Positions 19,536 through 28,299 are shown, counted from the stretch's first letter. The stretch is DNA of 64,000 nt from Candidatus Poriferihabitaceae bacterium (GCA_965226545.1 OZ245364.1:1067890-1131889), one strand, 5' to 3'. The notes: generated by a model from the sequence alone, not told the origin. A program made the numbers and translations.

Positions 19536-20171
19536 TTAATGCGTCTGAATTTGCAGATATTCGTTTTCGAAGCGAATAAACCGCTCGCCGAATTCGCCGA
19601 CTGCGCGATAAAACTGCGCGGCATCGGCGCGGGTTAAGGCGGTGAAAAACTTGCCGGCCCAGGAATGGATATGCCGCAGAAAAAATTCGCGTTCGCGCGC
19701 TTCGGGAATGTCGGGCGCATCGATGGCAATCGCCATCGCTTCGCACAAGGCGGCGATGTGGTCTTCGGGGTCTTGATTGTCCGCGGCGCGTTGCATGCCA
19801 AATGCGCGCAAATCATCGCGCAATGCGCTCAGCGGTTTCTCCATCAAAAAGCCGGTCAGATGCCAAGACGCAAACGGCACAATCTCGCCACGCCCGAGCC
19901 CGATGAATAAATCGTGATATTCATCATTAAGCAAATCGCAATCGGCGTCGCGGGCGGCATCGCGCAGTTGTCGCCAAGCGTCCGCCAGCGGATGTTGCGC
20001 ATCAGTGGCCGGCAAAGCGGCGAGGGCGTCGAGCGTGTCGCGGCTCGGCGGTGCGTTGAGCGTCGCCGCGAGAATTAAATAGCCGTCGGCGCGCAATCGC
20101 TTTTCCTCCGCATCGGTGTGCGGTGCATTTTGCGGCTGGCGTTGCGGCGTTGGTTTAATCGTTTCACCCAT
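19536..20171 (-). CDS. TorD/DmsD-family redox-enzyme maturation chaperone
   Basis: Motifs EYHDLFIGLGRGEIVPFASWH and EDHIAALCEAMA. The start was trimmed to MGETIK. Confidence 0.8.
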   Translation of the reverse strand: MGETIKPTPQRQPQNAPHTDAEEKRLRADGYLILAATLNAPPSRDTLDALAALPATDAQHPLADAWRQLRDAARDADCDLLNDEYHDLFIGLGRGEIVPFASWHLTGFLMEKPLSALRDDLRAFGMQRAADNQDPEDHIAALCEAMAIAIDAPDIPEAREREFFLRHIHSWAGKFFTALTRADAAQFYRAVGEFGERFIRFENEYLQIQTH

Positions 20172-20243
20172 CGGTCGTTGGCAGTTGGTATGAATCAATT
20201 TCGCGCACCATAGCATTAAGTTGCGCGCGTCAAAGTGTTGCGG

Positions 20244-20507
20244 TCATGCGTTTTGTTGCAGTTGTTTGCGCGTCATTATTAACAACACGGCGGAAGCGAG
20301 GTTAATCACCATCCAAAATTCCTTGAAAAGATGAACGCGCAGGATTGGGTTGTACAGCACCGCTAAAACGACGCACACTGCAAATAACCCTTGTGCATTG
20401 CGCGCAAACGCCGTATGCGCGCCCATGCAAACCCGGCGCAGGCGAGGATGCGCAACAATGTGTAATAGCCGTATGGCAACGGCACGCTTGTCAACAAAGC
20501 GCGCCAA
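20244..20507 (-). CDS. Possible small 2-TM protein
   Basis: Hydrophobic segments LFAVCVVLAVLYNPI and FWMVINLASAVLLIMT. Resemblance to a DUF family is only a vague recollection. Confidence 0.3.
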   Translation of the reverse strand: MARFVDKRAVAIRLLHIVAHPRLRRVCMGAHTAFARNAQGLFAVCVVLAVLYNPILRVHLFKEFWMVINLASAVLLIMTRKQLQQNA

Positions 20508-20633
20508 TCAGCAAAGCCGTCGCAAGCGCGTAAATTAAGGGAGTTGGCATGGCGCGATTCCTCAAGTCAATCGTCACTGTTAAATAACGCTTATGCGCTT
20601 GTCTTAACGTGCGCAAGTACAGTGTCGCAAAAA

Positions 20634-20689
20634 GTAAAGCGTAAAGCGCGAAGTGCGAAGTGCGAATTACAAATTACAAATTACAAAGC
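20634..20689. repeat. Eight tandem 7-nt units that mutate stepwise
   Basis: GTAAAGC GTAAAGC GCGAAGT GCGAAGT GCGAATT ACAAATT ACAAATT ACAAAGC. Confidence 0.9.
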
Positions 20690-20707
20690 GCACACCCAAC
20701 GCCACAA

Positions 20708-22489
20708 TCAATCCCCCGCCGCACGGTTTTCCGCGGCGAATAAATCCTTCACGCGACATTCTTCACACAACCGCAAACGACGCATCGCTTGTTCATTGGC
20801 GAACATCCAGTGGTCTTTGAGTTTTTCATGCATGCGGTCAATCATCGAGCGCGTGGCGAATGCCTTGCCGCATTGCGGGCAATGCAATGCCTCTTCCTCT
20901 TTTAAGGTTTGTTCAGTGCGCGCGGCGACGGCGTCGAACAGCAGGCGCGCCTGCAAGGTCAGCGCGTCTTCCGGGCAGGCGCGGGTGCAGATGCCGCACT
21001 GTACGCAATTGGCTTCGATGAATCGCAACGCCGGCGTATCGCCGCCGGCATGCAATGCATTCGCCGGACACACCGATGCGCAGCCCATGCATAAAGTGCA
21101 TTTGGGCGCATCGATGTTCACGCGCCCAAACAACGCCGCATCCGGCAAGATTGCGCTCGGCGGCGGTGCGTCGGCGATTTCGGCGAAGAACGACAAGGCG
21201 GCGCGGATGATGGCGCGCTTGTCGCCGGTTGGCGCAAATTGCGCTGCGTGCGGACTCGGCGGCGGCGGGCAGCCGTTTATTAATGAATCCAATTGGTCGA
21301 TGATTTCTGCGCGATGAGTCGTGCAACCGGTTTGCGCCAGCACAGATTCAATCACCGCAACATTGCCGCGCAACGCTTCGCGCACTTGCGCGCTCACCGT
21401 AGGCGGCGCGTATAAACACACGCGCCCGGCGCCGTAGGCAAGCGCAGCAGTGACCAACGCCAAATCAGCCGCGCCGATTTCTTCGAGCATCAACGGCATT
21501 ACATGTCCGTCCAACCGTGCGGCGACGGCTTCGACTTCGGCGCGACCGTGTTCGTTGCCGAAGATTAACAGCGTGATGCCGCAGTGTTCGATGCCGCACT
21601 GTTCGTTTTGTTCGCGCATGGCAAAGAGCAAGGCGCGCACCAATTCAATTTGTTCGCCGCTGGGCGGATGAATGTATTCGATGGCGCCGCTCGGACACAC
21701 CGCCGCGCACACGCCGCCGCCTTGACATAAATGCGAATCAACTTCGATGGCGTCGCCCAACGAATGAATCGCGCCGGTTGGGCAGGCGTCCAAACATCGC
21801 GTACAACCGCGCACGCCGCTGCGACCGTGCGCGCATAAATCGGCGTGGTGGGCGAAGTATTTTGGCTTTTCGAATTCGCCAATCCATTGCGGCAAAATTT
21901 CCGCCACGGCCGCGCGCGTTTGCGCATCGGGCGCGCAATGATAGCCGGGCGGTTTGACGGCGGCGGTGATTATCGGCGTTGCACTGCAATCCACGACTTG
22001 GTCGAAACAACCGTCGGCGACGGCGAACACTTCGCCCAAATCGCGCATGCCGTCATCGCCGCCGTCATCGACTCGACACCGCGCGCGAAACCGCCCCAAA
22101 TGTCCGTCAATCGTCAACTCGGCGCAACGAAACACTCGCGCGCGCGTATTGTTACCGCCACCGTCACCTCGCGCGGTTTGCGCCGCCGGCACGGCGAGAT
22201 ATGCGGTCAATGCATCCGGCAGTTGCGCAATAAACGCCTCGCCCGCCGCCAACTCGGCGACAACCAACACACGATTGGCGGCGGCATATGCCACTTGCGT
22301 AGTCGGCGTCGGCGACCATGCAGTCGCCGCCAACACGACATCGCGCGCACGTCCGGCGGCGTCGGCGTTGGATAGCGGCAGGTTTAATGCGTTGCGGTAA
22401 TCGGTCATTGGGTTGGTGTGGTTGGGGTTTATGGTTTGGCTGTAACTGTTACTTGTTACTGTCGCACTCGGCAATGTCGACGACATCAT
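20708..22489 (-). CDS. Multi-cluster 4Fe-4S ferredoxin-type protein of the fdh accessory set
   Basis: Several CxxCxxCxxxCP motifs (CTRCLDACPTGAI, CQGGGVCAAVCPSGAI, CTLCMGCASVCPANAL, CVQCGICTRACPEDAL). The alternative start MTDYRN at 22408 is more plausible, because the first 27 codons lie in repeat DNA. Confidence 0.85.
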   Translation of the reverse strand: MMSSTLPSATVTSNSYSQTINPNHTNPMTDYRNALNLPLSNADAAGRARDVVLAATAWSPTPTTQVAYAAANRVLVVAELAAGEAFIAQLPDALTAYLAVPAAQTARGDGGGNNTRARVFRCAELTIDGHLGRFRARCRVDDGGDDGMRDLGEVFAVADGCFDQVVDCSATPIITAAVKPPGYHCAPDAQTRAAVAEILPQWIGEFEKPKYFAHHADLCAHGRSGVRGCTRCLDACPTGAIHSLGDAIEVDSHLCQGGGVCAAVCPSGAIEYIHPPSGEQIELVRALLFAMREQNEQCGIEHCGITLLIFGNEHGRAEVEAVAARLDGHVMPLMLEEIGAADLALVTAALAYGAGRVCLYAPPTVSAQVREALRGNVAVIESVLAQTGCTTHRAEIIDQLDSLINGCPPPPSPHAAQFAPTGDKRAIIRAALSFFAEIADAPPPSAILPDAALFGRVNIDAPKCTLCMGCASVCPANALHAGGDTPALRFIEANCVQCGICTRACPEDALTLQARLLFDAVAARTEQTLKEEEALHCPQCGKAFATRSMIDRMHEKLKDHWMFANEQAMRRLRLCEECRVKDLFAAENRAAGD

Positions 22490-22498
22490 TATTCATTA

Positions 22499-23194
22499 TT
22501 AACGTGACGGTGTTGGTTTGGTTTTATTATTTTTACTGTCGTTACTGTCTTTGCCGTCTTTGACATTGTTACTTCCACTGTCACTGTCGTTGTCGGCACC
22601 GTCAACGTTACCGTGACCGTCATCGTCACCAACGACATCACCGTCACCGGCAACCTCATCGCCACCGTCAGCGTCACTATTAACGCCGTCGTCACCGTCA
22701 CTTTCACCGTCCCCATCCCGCATCTCTTGTTCACGCTGCTTGCGTTTTTCCGCCATTTCCATTTGGTGTTTCATATCGCTGGTAATTAAATCGCCGAGCG
22801 GGGCGAAGTTGCGGAAGTCGTCGTCGTAATCATCCAAGCCGTCGCGGATATTAAACACCGCGCTGCGAAATAATTTGCGCAACGCACTGCGGCGCAATTG
22901 TTCGCTGACCTTGGGCGACATAAAGCCGGAGTAATCGCTGTTTTCATCCAATGCATCGAGCGGCGGCATTTGTTCATCGGTCGGCTCGGGTTGCGCGCGC
23001 GTCTCGGCGATGGTCGGCGGCGTCGATGAATCATCAAGCACAGTCGAAGCATTCGCCGCGTCGACCGTCGCATCGACTGTCGTATCGACCGTTGCATCGA
23101 CCGTCGACGCAGGCGTTTCAGTCGCGGCTTTGCGGCGCGACCAGCGGGCGATGAATCCTTCAGCGCGTTTTGGATTGTCGGTTTCGTTTGGCAT
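22499..23194 (-). CDS. DUF3306-like protein with long acidic low-complexity tail
   Basis: N-terminus MPNETDNPKRAEGFIARWSRRKAA and a conserved central region (PPLDALDENSDYSGFMSPKVSEQLRRSALRKLF). It occupies the position typical of this fdh cluster type. The C-terminal ~70 aa are D/G/V/N repeats encoded by hexamer repeats. Confidence 0.65.
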   Translation of the reverse strand: MPNETDNPKRAEGFIARWSRRKAATETPASTVDATVDTTVDATVDAANASTVLDDSSTPPTIAETRAQPEPTDEQMPPLDALDENSDYSGFMSPKVSEQLRRSALRKLFRSAVFNIRDGLDDYDDDFRNFAPLGDLITSDMKHQMEMAEKRKQREQEMRDGDGESDGDDGVNSDADGGDEVAGDGDVVGDDDGHGNVDGADNDSDSGSNNVKDGKDSNDSKNNKTKPTPSR

Positions 23195-23738
23195 AAATGG
23201 ATTCTTGCGCCCATTCGCGGCGCGTGCGTTTTTTCTTTTCCTGCGGGCGATAATGTGAAATGACATAACGCTCGACGATGTCGCACAACCCGCCCGGCAT
23301 CGGCGCGGATAAAACCAAGCGATCGGATTCCATATAGCCGTTGGCTTCGTCTTGATTGGCGGTTACAAACGCCGCCGCGATTCGTTCGTCGCCTTGTTCG
23401 CCGTCGCACACGACAAACAAATGCGGCGCGCGCGCCAGCAAATTAACCCAATAGCCTTCGCCGCCGTCTTTGTATAAATGCAGCGTCAAGCCGCCGCATA
23501 AATATCGACGCAACCCGCCGTCGTCGTGAATCATTATCGGCGCGCCGCTTGGTTCGTCGCTTGGTTCGGCGTCTTGTCGAATGTGTTCGCCGGCGATGAT
23601 TTCGGCAACTTGCCAATGCGGCATCGCCCATTTTTGATTGGCGCGCAGGCTGCGTTGCAATACGACCGCCAACGGCACGGTGACTTCGCGCGCTGATTCG
23701 ATAAACGATGGCGGGGATGGTTGGTGGGCGGCGGTCAT
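23160..23738 (-). CDS. DUF3305-like protein
   Basis: Start trimmed to MTAAHQ. The upstream track extension (CNCDFDCNYDCNCDCDCHCYCD) is translated repeat DNA. Gene position and length fit the fdh-associated DUF3305 family as I recall it. Confidence 0.6.
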   Translation of the reverse strand: MTAAHQPSPPSFIESAREVTVPLAVVLQRSLRANQKWAMPHWQVAEIIAGEHIRQDAEPSDEPSGAPIMIHDDGGLRRYLCGGLTLHLYKDGGEGYWVNLLARAPHLFVVCDGEQGDERIAAAFVTANQDEANGYMESDRLVLSAPMPGGLCDIVERYVISHYRPQEKKKRTRREWAQESIYAKRNRQSKTR

Positions 23739-23756
23739 TTTGGAATGACGGTTAAA

Positions 23757-23980
23757 GTCACAGTAACAGTGACAGTCACAGTCACAATTACAATCATAGT
23801 TACAATCGAAGTCACAATTACAATTAATCAATATCAACATTAATTACAACGACGGCATAGTGTCACCGCAATATCAATACAATTGCAAGTTAATGAAGTT
23901 GTCGTTATCCGTGACTTGTGTCGTTGCCATTGTAGTTACTGTTACCGTTACTTTTACCAATTATTAATTAACGTTACCAA
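23757..23980. repeat. Two opposed hexamer-periodic GTNAC-rich tracts in the divergent fdh/fdhD control region
   Basis: Left tract: GTCACA GTAACA GTGACA GTCACA GTCACA ATTACA ATCATA GTTACA ATCGAA GTCACA ATTACA. Right tract (23898-23980): GTTGTC GTTATC CGTGAC TTGTGT CGTTGC CATTGT AGTTAC TGTTAC CGTTAC TTTTAC C. The right tract has the complementary flavour. Confidence 0.9.
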
Positions 23981-24076
23981 TCATCGCCGCCATCATCGCA
24001 CCGCGTACGGTGCCGCGTAAAAATCGGCTATGATTAAACAACATCCAACGGTTCATCCAAAGGTTTACCACTTCCA

Positions 24077-24946
24077 ATGGCGTACAAAACACCCACATTC
24101 GAAACGCCCACATTGTCGCGCGCGCCGACGCCGCCGCAGATGAGCAGCGCCGGCTTGTCGGCGATTCATCGCGTGCGCGCGCACAATCAATTCGGCGAGC
24201 AGCATACGATTAACATCGTCGGCGAGTTGCCGTTGACGATTAAGGTCGATGGGCGCGAGTTGGTAACCTTAATGACGCTCGGCACGCATCCGGAAAAATT
24301 GGCGCTGGGTTATTTGCGCAATCAAACGTTGTTTACCGACCTTGCACAAATCAAATCGATTCGCGTCGATTGGCAACGCGAAATCGCCGAGGTCGAGACC
24401 GCCGCCGGCGACGGCGTGCCCGGATTCGATTCATTAAAACGCACGGTCACCAGCGGCTGCGGTCAAGGCACGATTTTAAGTTGCACCCTCGACAAACTCT
24501 ACGACCATCGCCTGCAGCCGCGCACGATTCTTCAATCCGACATTTACCGCGTACTCGCCAATGTCACGCGCCACAACAACGCCTATCGCACCGCCGGCTC
24601 GGTGCATGGCTGCGGGTTGTGCGCCGACGGTGAAGTGCTGATGTTTATCGAGGATGTCGGCCGGCATAACGCAATGGACACCATCGCCGGCGAAATGTGG
24701 CTGCAACAAATGTCCGGCGACGACAAAATTTTCTACACCACCGGCCGCCTAACCTCCGAAATCGTAATGAAAGCCGCGCTGATGGGCGTGCCGCTTCTGG
24801 TATCGCGCAACGGCGCAACCCACATGGGCTTCGAACTCGCCGAAGAACTCGGCGTAACCTTAATCGCCCGCGCCAAAAGCCGGCAATTCGTCGCCCTCAA
24901 CGCCGACAATGTTGTGTTTGATGAGATGCCGGTGAAGCGCGCTTAA
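24077..24946 (+). CDS. fdhD: Formate dehydrogenase accessory sulfurtransferase FdhD
   Basis: 289 aa, with motifs TSGCGQGT, GSVHGCGL, EDVGRHNAMD and TTGRLTSEIVMKAALMGVPLLVSRNGAT. Confidence 0.95.
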   Translation: MAYKTPTFETPTLSRAPTPPQMSSAGLSAIHRVRAHNQFGEQHTINIVGELPLTIKVDGRELVTLMTLGTHPEKLALGYLRNQTLFTDLAQIKSIRVDWQREIAEVETAAGDGVPGFDSLKRTVTSGCGQGTILSCTLDKLYDHRLQPRTILQSDIYRVLANVTRHNNAYRTAGSVHGCGLCADGEVLMFIEDVGRHNAMDTIAGEMWLQQMSGDDKIFYTTGRLTSEIVMKAALMGVPLLVSRNGATHMGFELAEELGVTLIARAKSRQFVALNADNVVFDEMPVKRA

Positions 24947-24982
24947 AAAAATATCGCGGCAAAGCCAAAGCCTTGCCGCGAT
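24944..24982 (-). terminator. Rho-independent terminator, best read on the minus strand
   Basis: Perfect 10-bp stem ATCGCGGCAA / TTGCCGCGAT with a 10-nt loop. On the minus strand the stem is followed by ATTTTTTTA. It lies between the convergent fdhD and DUF3800 genes. Confidence 0.65.
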
Positions 24983-25168
24983 GAAAACCACAGCCGGGCG
25001 AACCACCTGGATTCAACGGACCTTGCAACCAAAGCCCTCCCAACCGCGAATGTCAATATTAATGGCGTGTCGATACAGTGTCAACCACTTTTGTCATCTT
25101 TTTGTGACTTTCACTCGTCTTTTGGCGACTTTGCCTGTGTTTTTAAGGCGCGAATTTTACCCTCCGCA

Positions 25169-25942
25169 TTAATCGGCGCGCCCCGTCGATGTTGATTTCG
25201 CCCGCGATAAACATGCCGGGCAATAGCATTCTTGTTGTTGCTTGCGATGCACCAAACCGTGAATAACGCCGCTTTCTTTGTGGAATCTGCCGACGACAAC
25301 TTTAAAATAACGGGTGTCGTCATGTTCATAGCATCGCCACACTGCCCATGCAAGCAGGTCGGCCAGTTGTATCAATCGCGAAGCGGCGGAATCGACAAAC
25401 AACGGAACCTCGGCAAGATTTCTAAAAGGCCCCCAACGGGAACCTTTTTCGCGAAATTCTCGGGCGAGTATTTGCAACGCTTCTTCATAATGCGATTTGT
25501 CCATTATTATCAAACCGCGCTGTTGTTTGACGCGATCGTTTCGCCACATTTGTTCAAGGAATTTGTTAAAGCGATTGCAGATTTCTTCGTAGGCGTATTT
25601 AACCGGATCGTCGTCGGCAACGGCGTGTTTATCCACCACCACGGCAAAAGTTTTTACGGTGTGATGCGCATTGGCGATTAAGCCCATGCTGTCTTCGATT
25701 ATCTGCAGGCGTTTTTGGCGCACCACGCCTTTCCAAGGAGATTTCTTGCCCGCGGACATCACGCTGCCGTGCAATTCCACAGCGTGCGATTCGTCGTCCA
25801 AGTTAAGTGAAGCCGCGAACTCATCGCATTTTTTGATGAGGTGAAAAATTTGGCGTTCGAACACCGCCACGCCGGCAAGCACAAAGTGTCGCTCCGTTGG
25901 ATTTTTGATTGAGCCGGAGCCATCAAGATAAAGGATGTACAT
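25169..25942 (-). CDS. DUF3800-domain protein
   Basis: Start trimmed to MYILYLDGSGS (the D-x-S-G opening typical of DUF3800). The C-terminal motif IQLADLLAWAV also fits the family. Confidence 0.7.
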   Translation of the reverse strand: MYILYLDGSGSIKNPTERHFVLAGVAVFERQIFHLIKKCDEFAASLNLDDESHAVELHGSVMSAGKKSPWKGVVRQKRLQIIEDSMGLIANAHHTVKTFAVVVDKHAVADDDPVKYAYEEICNRFNKFLEQMWRNDRVKQQRGLIIMDKSHYEEALQILAREFREKGSRWGPFRNLAEVPLFVDSAASRLIQLADLLAWAVWRCYEHDDTRYFKVVVGRFHKESGVIHGLVHRKQQQECYCPACLSRAKSTSTGRAD

Positions 25943-26156
25943 AAAAATAATCCGTTTTGGATTGATTAAAAAGCGCCGAGACGAACGGCGCAACATAATC
26001 GCACAAAAGGCAAAAATCAAGCGGCGTTTGCCGCGCGTCAATTTGGCTTAAAGTCCGCTTGCATTTTGCGCGCGCATTTGGCAAAGTTGCACGCTCGACT
26101 CCGGCCGGCGCAGATGCGCTTTGCCGCCTTAATTATCTTAATCAGGGGTGTTAAAA

Positions 26157-26750
26157 ATGTCATTAGAAGATTCGCGTTATAAAGAGTATGTGTTGTCGTT
26201 AATCCATGAAATCAACGCCAATTGCGGCGAGTTGGTTGGGATTGATTTGCAGCGCAACAAAGTCGGCGCCGATGAATTGAGCGGGTTGCCGATGTACGCC
26301 TTTTATGTTTTCGGTCGTCCCGAGTTGCAGTTTCACATCGGCTTCGAAGCCAATGAATACACCCGCGAAATTCGCTTTCGTCACGGCGTGGCGTTCTTTT
26401 TTCAGCGTTCGAAATTTTTGTCGGATGTCGATTCATTGCGCCCGAAAGCGGCGCGGTTTGACGACTATGTCGCCCAGCATCGCCAACGCTTGAGCATCGA
26501 AGGGTTCAAGATGTGGTATTGGGACAACGGGCTGTATCGCAATCGTCCGAGCGATGATTTGGACATGGTCAGCGGCGTATGGCGCGCCGGCGATTTTGTG
26601 CGCGACGGGGTGTTTTTCATGCTCGGCAAGCACACCGAAGCCAACGACGAATTCATGCGTCGCGGCGTCGCCCACACCGCCCCCGGCGTGTTGCGCGATT
26701 TAAATTTCCTTGCGCCGCTGTACAACACCGTTGAGAAATCCAAGGGCTAA
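26157..26750 (+). CDS. Hypothetical protein (198 aa), no recognisable family
   Basis: Clean ORF with GGGG 8 nt upstream of the ATG (MSLEDSRYKEY...). It is divergent from the DUF3800 gene. Confidence 0.55.
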   Translation: MSLEDSRYKEYVLSLIHEINANCGELVGIDLQRNKVGADELSGLPMYAFYVFGRPELQFHIGFEANEYTREIRFRHGVAFFFQRSKFLSDVDSLRPKAARFDDYVAQHRQRLSIEGFKMWYWDNGLYRNRPSDDLDMVSGVWRAGDFVRDGVFFMLGKHTEANDEFMRRGVAHTAPGVLRDLNFLAPLYNTVEKSKG

Positions 26751-26898
26751 GCCGACGCTTAGCCGGCGACGGTTAACCCCGCGCGTCGCATCGTTGCCCG
26801 CCGTTTTACGGTTGGGTCGCGGTGCGGCGCGTTTGTTGTTTAACAAACTCGATAATGTCGCGCGATAACGTCGCGCAATAACGTACTCGCCCGCCCGA

Positions 26899-28299
26899 AT
26901 GTCCGATTCGATTTTCCAACAACTCCGCGCCGGCGGCGCGCGTTGGCGTGCGCCGACTGAATTCACCTTGTGCGGCGAAACCTTTACCGCGGTTGCGCCG
27001 TTGTGCGCGGTGCGGCGCAAACGGGTGGCGGTGCGCGCGCTGTGGCGCGGGCGGGCGGTGCGGGTGCAGTTGATGGCTGATGCCGACGCGCGCCGAACTT
27101 TGCGCCGCACTGTCGTCGGTGCGCGCGCGATGCGCACCGCCGGGATTGCGGCGGCGGAATTATTGCATTGCTTGCGCGCCGACGGCGGTGTCGCGATGGT
27201 GTTTGGGTTTATCGATGGCGCGCAATCGCCGGCGACGGTGTGGCGCGATGCGCCGTCAAAACGCGAATCGCTGGCGCGCGCGGCGTTGCATGCATTGACC
27301 GATTTGCATGCGCATGGCTTGACTCTCGCCGGCGCGAAGTTGCAAAGTTTTATGTTGGTCGATGAAAGGATGCTGCCCTGCGATTTGGGCGCGGTGCGGC
27401 GGGTGACGATGATGCCCGCGCAAATTCGGCTGCGCAACATCGCGCGGTTTATCGCGCGGTTTACGCCGCAATGGCAGCGGCAGTTAATCGAATTGCAGGC
27501 GCCGGACATCGAGGCGCGCGCGCCGCTCGAGCGTGCGGTGTTGCGCGCCACTCGCCGTCATCAATCGCGGCGATTAAAACAATGCATGCGCGCCAGCGGC
27601 GAAGTTGCGGTGCATAAAAGTTGGCGGCGCAACGCCGCTTGGAAACGCGCCGCACACAGCGATGCATTGCTTGCCTTTGTGCAACATCCGAATCGATGGA
27701 TTGCGCAACACGCCGCGCCTCATCAAACGTGGCTTAAGGACAGCGCGATATCGAGTGTGTTGTGCGTGCAGATGAGCGGGCGGACGGTGGTGATTAAACG
27801 CCACAAGAGTAAGGACGCGATGCAGGCGGTGCGGCGGTCGGTGCGCATCAGCCGCAGTTGGCGCAATTGGCGCAACGCGCATTTGTTGGCGATGAACGAC
27901 ATCGCCACGCCCGAACCCATCGCCTTTGTCGAGCGGCGGTTTGGTCCGCTGCGGTTGGGCGGCGGTTATTATGTCTGCGCATTCGATGATGCGCCGACGG
28001 CTTTGATGAAATATCAAACCGATTTGCCGAGCGCGGATGAACTTATGCACTTTGCGCAATTGTTTTCGACCTTGCAGTTGGCGCGATTGTGCCACGGTGA
28101 TTGCAACGCCAAAAATTTATTGGTGCGCGATGATTGCATTGCGTTGGTGGATTTGGATGCAAGCAAAAAACAACACTCGGCAAAAAAGGCGCGCGCCTGC
28201 GCCTTGCGTGATTGGCGGCGATTTTTGCGTTGTTGGGAAGATCGTCCGCAAGTATTAAAGGTGTTTCGCGATGCGATTCAATCGCCGCCGGCGCCTTAA
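26899..28299 (+). CDS. LPS-kinase (InaA/Kdo kinase-like) family protein with two tandem kinase-like halves
   Basis: The C-terminal half has the catalytic-loop/DxD strings LCHGDCNAKNLLV and IALVDLDASKK. The N-terminal half is kinase-like but has a degenerate loop (HAHGLTLAGAKLQSFML). Confidence 0.75.
   Translation: MSDSIFQQLRAGGARWRAPTEFTLCGETFTAVAPLCAVRRKRVAVRALWRGRAVRVQLMADADARRTLRRTVVGARAMRTAGIAAAELLHCLRADGGVAMVFGFIDGAQSPATVWRDAPSKRESLARAALHALTDLHAHGLTLAGAKLQSFMLVDERMLPCDLGAVRRVTMMPAQIRLRNIARFIARFTPQWQRQLIELQAPDIEARAPLERAVLRATRRHQSRRLKQCMRASGEVAVHKSWRRNAAWKRAAHSDALLAFVQHPNRWIAQHAAPHQTWLKDSAISSVLCVQMSGRTVVIKRHKSKDAMQAVRRSVRISRSWRNWRNAHLLAMNDIATPEPIAFVERRFGPLRLGGGYYVCAFDDAPTALMKYQTDLPSADELMHFAQLFSTLQLARLCHGDCNAKNLLVRDDCIALVDLDASKKQHSAKKARACALRDWRRFLRCWEDRPQVLKVFRDAIQSPPAP

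Noticed and set aside
20508-20565. Possible frameshifted N-terminus (MPTPLIYALATALLIGALC* in another frame) for the small membrane ORF at 20244-20507.
   Set aside because: A frameshift cannot be distinguished from chance without homologues, and the gene call itself is weak.
22489-22734. ORFs encoding VTVTV / CDCNCD / SNSKSK-like proteins. Examples: 22489-22734(-), the N-terminal extension of 23160-23840(-), 29148-29459(-), 29212-29496(+), 43433-43849(-), 43393-43764(-).
   Set aside because: They are direct translations of the 6-, 12- and 14-nt spacer repeats. They have no start context and no non-repetitive domain.
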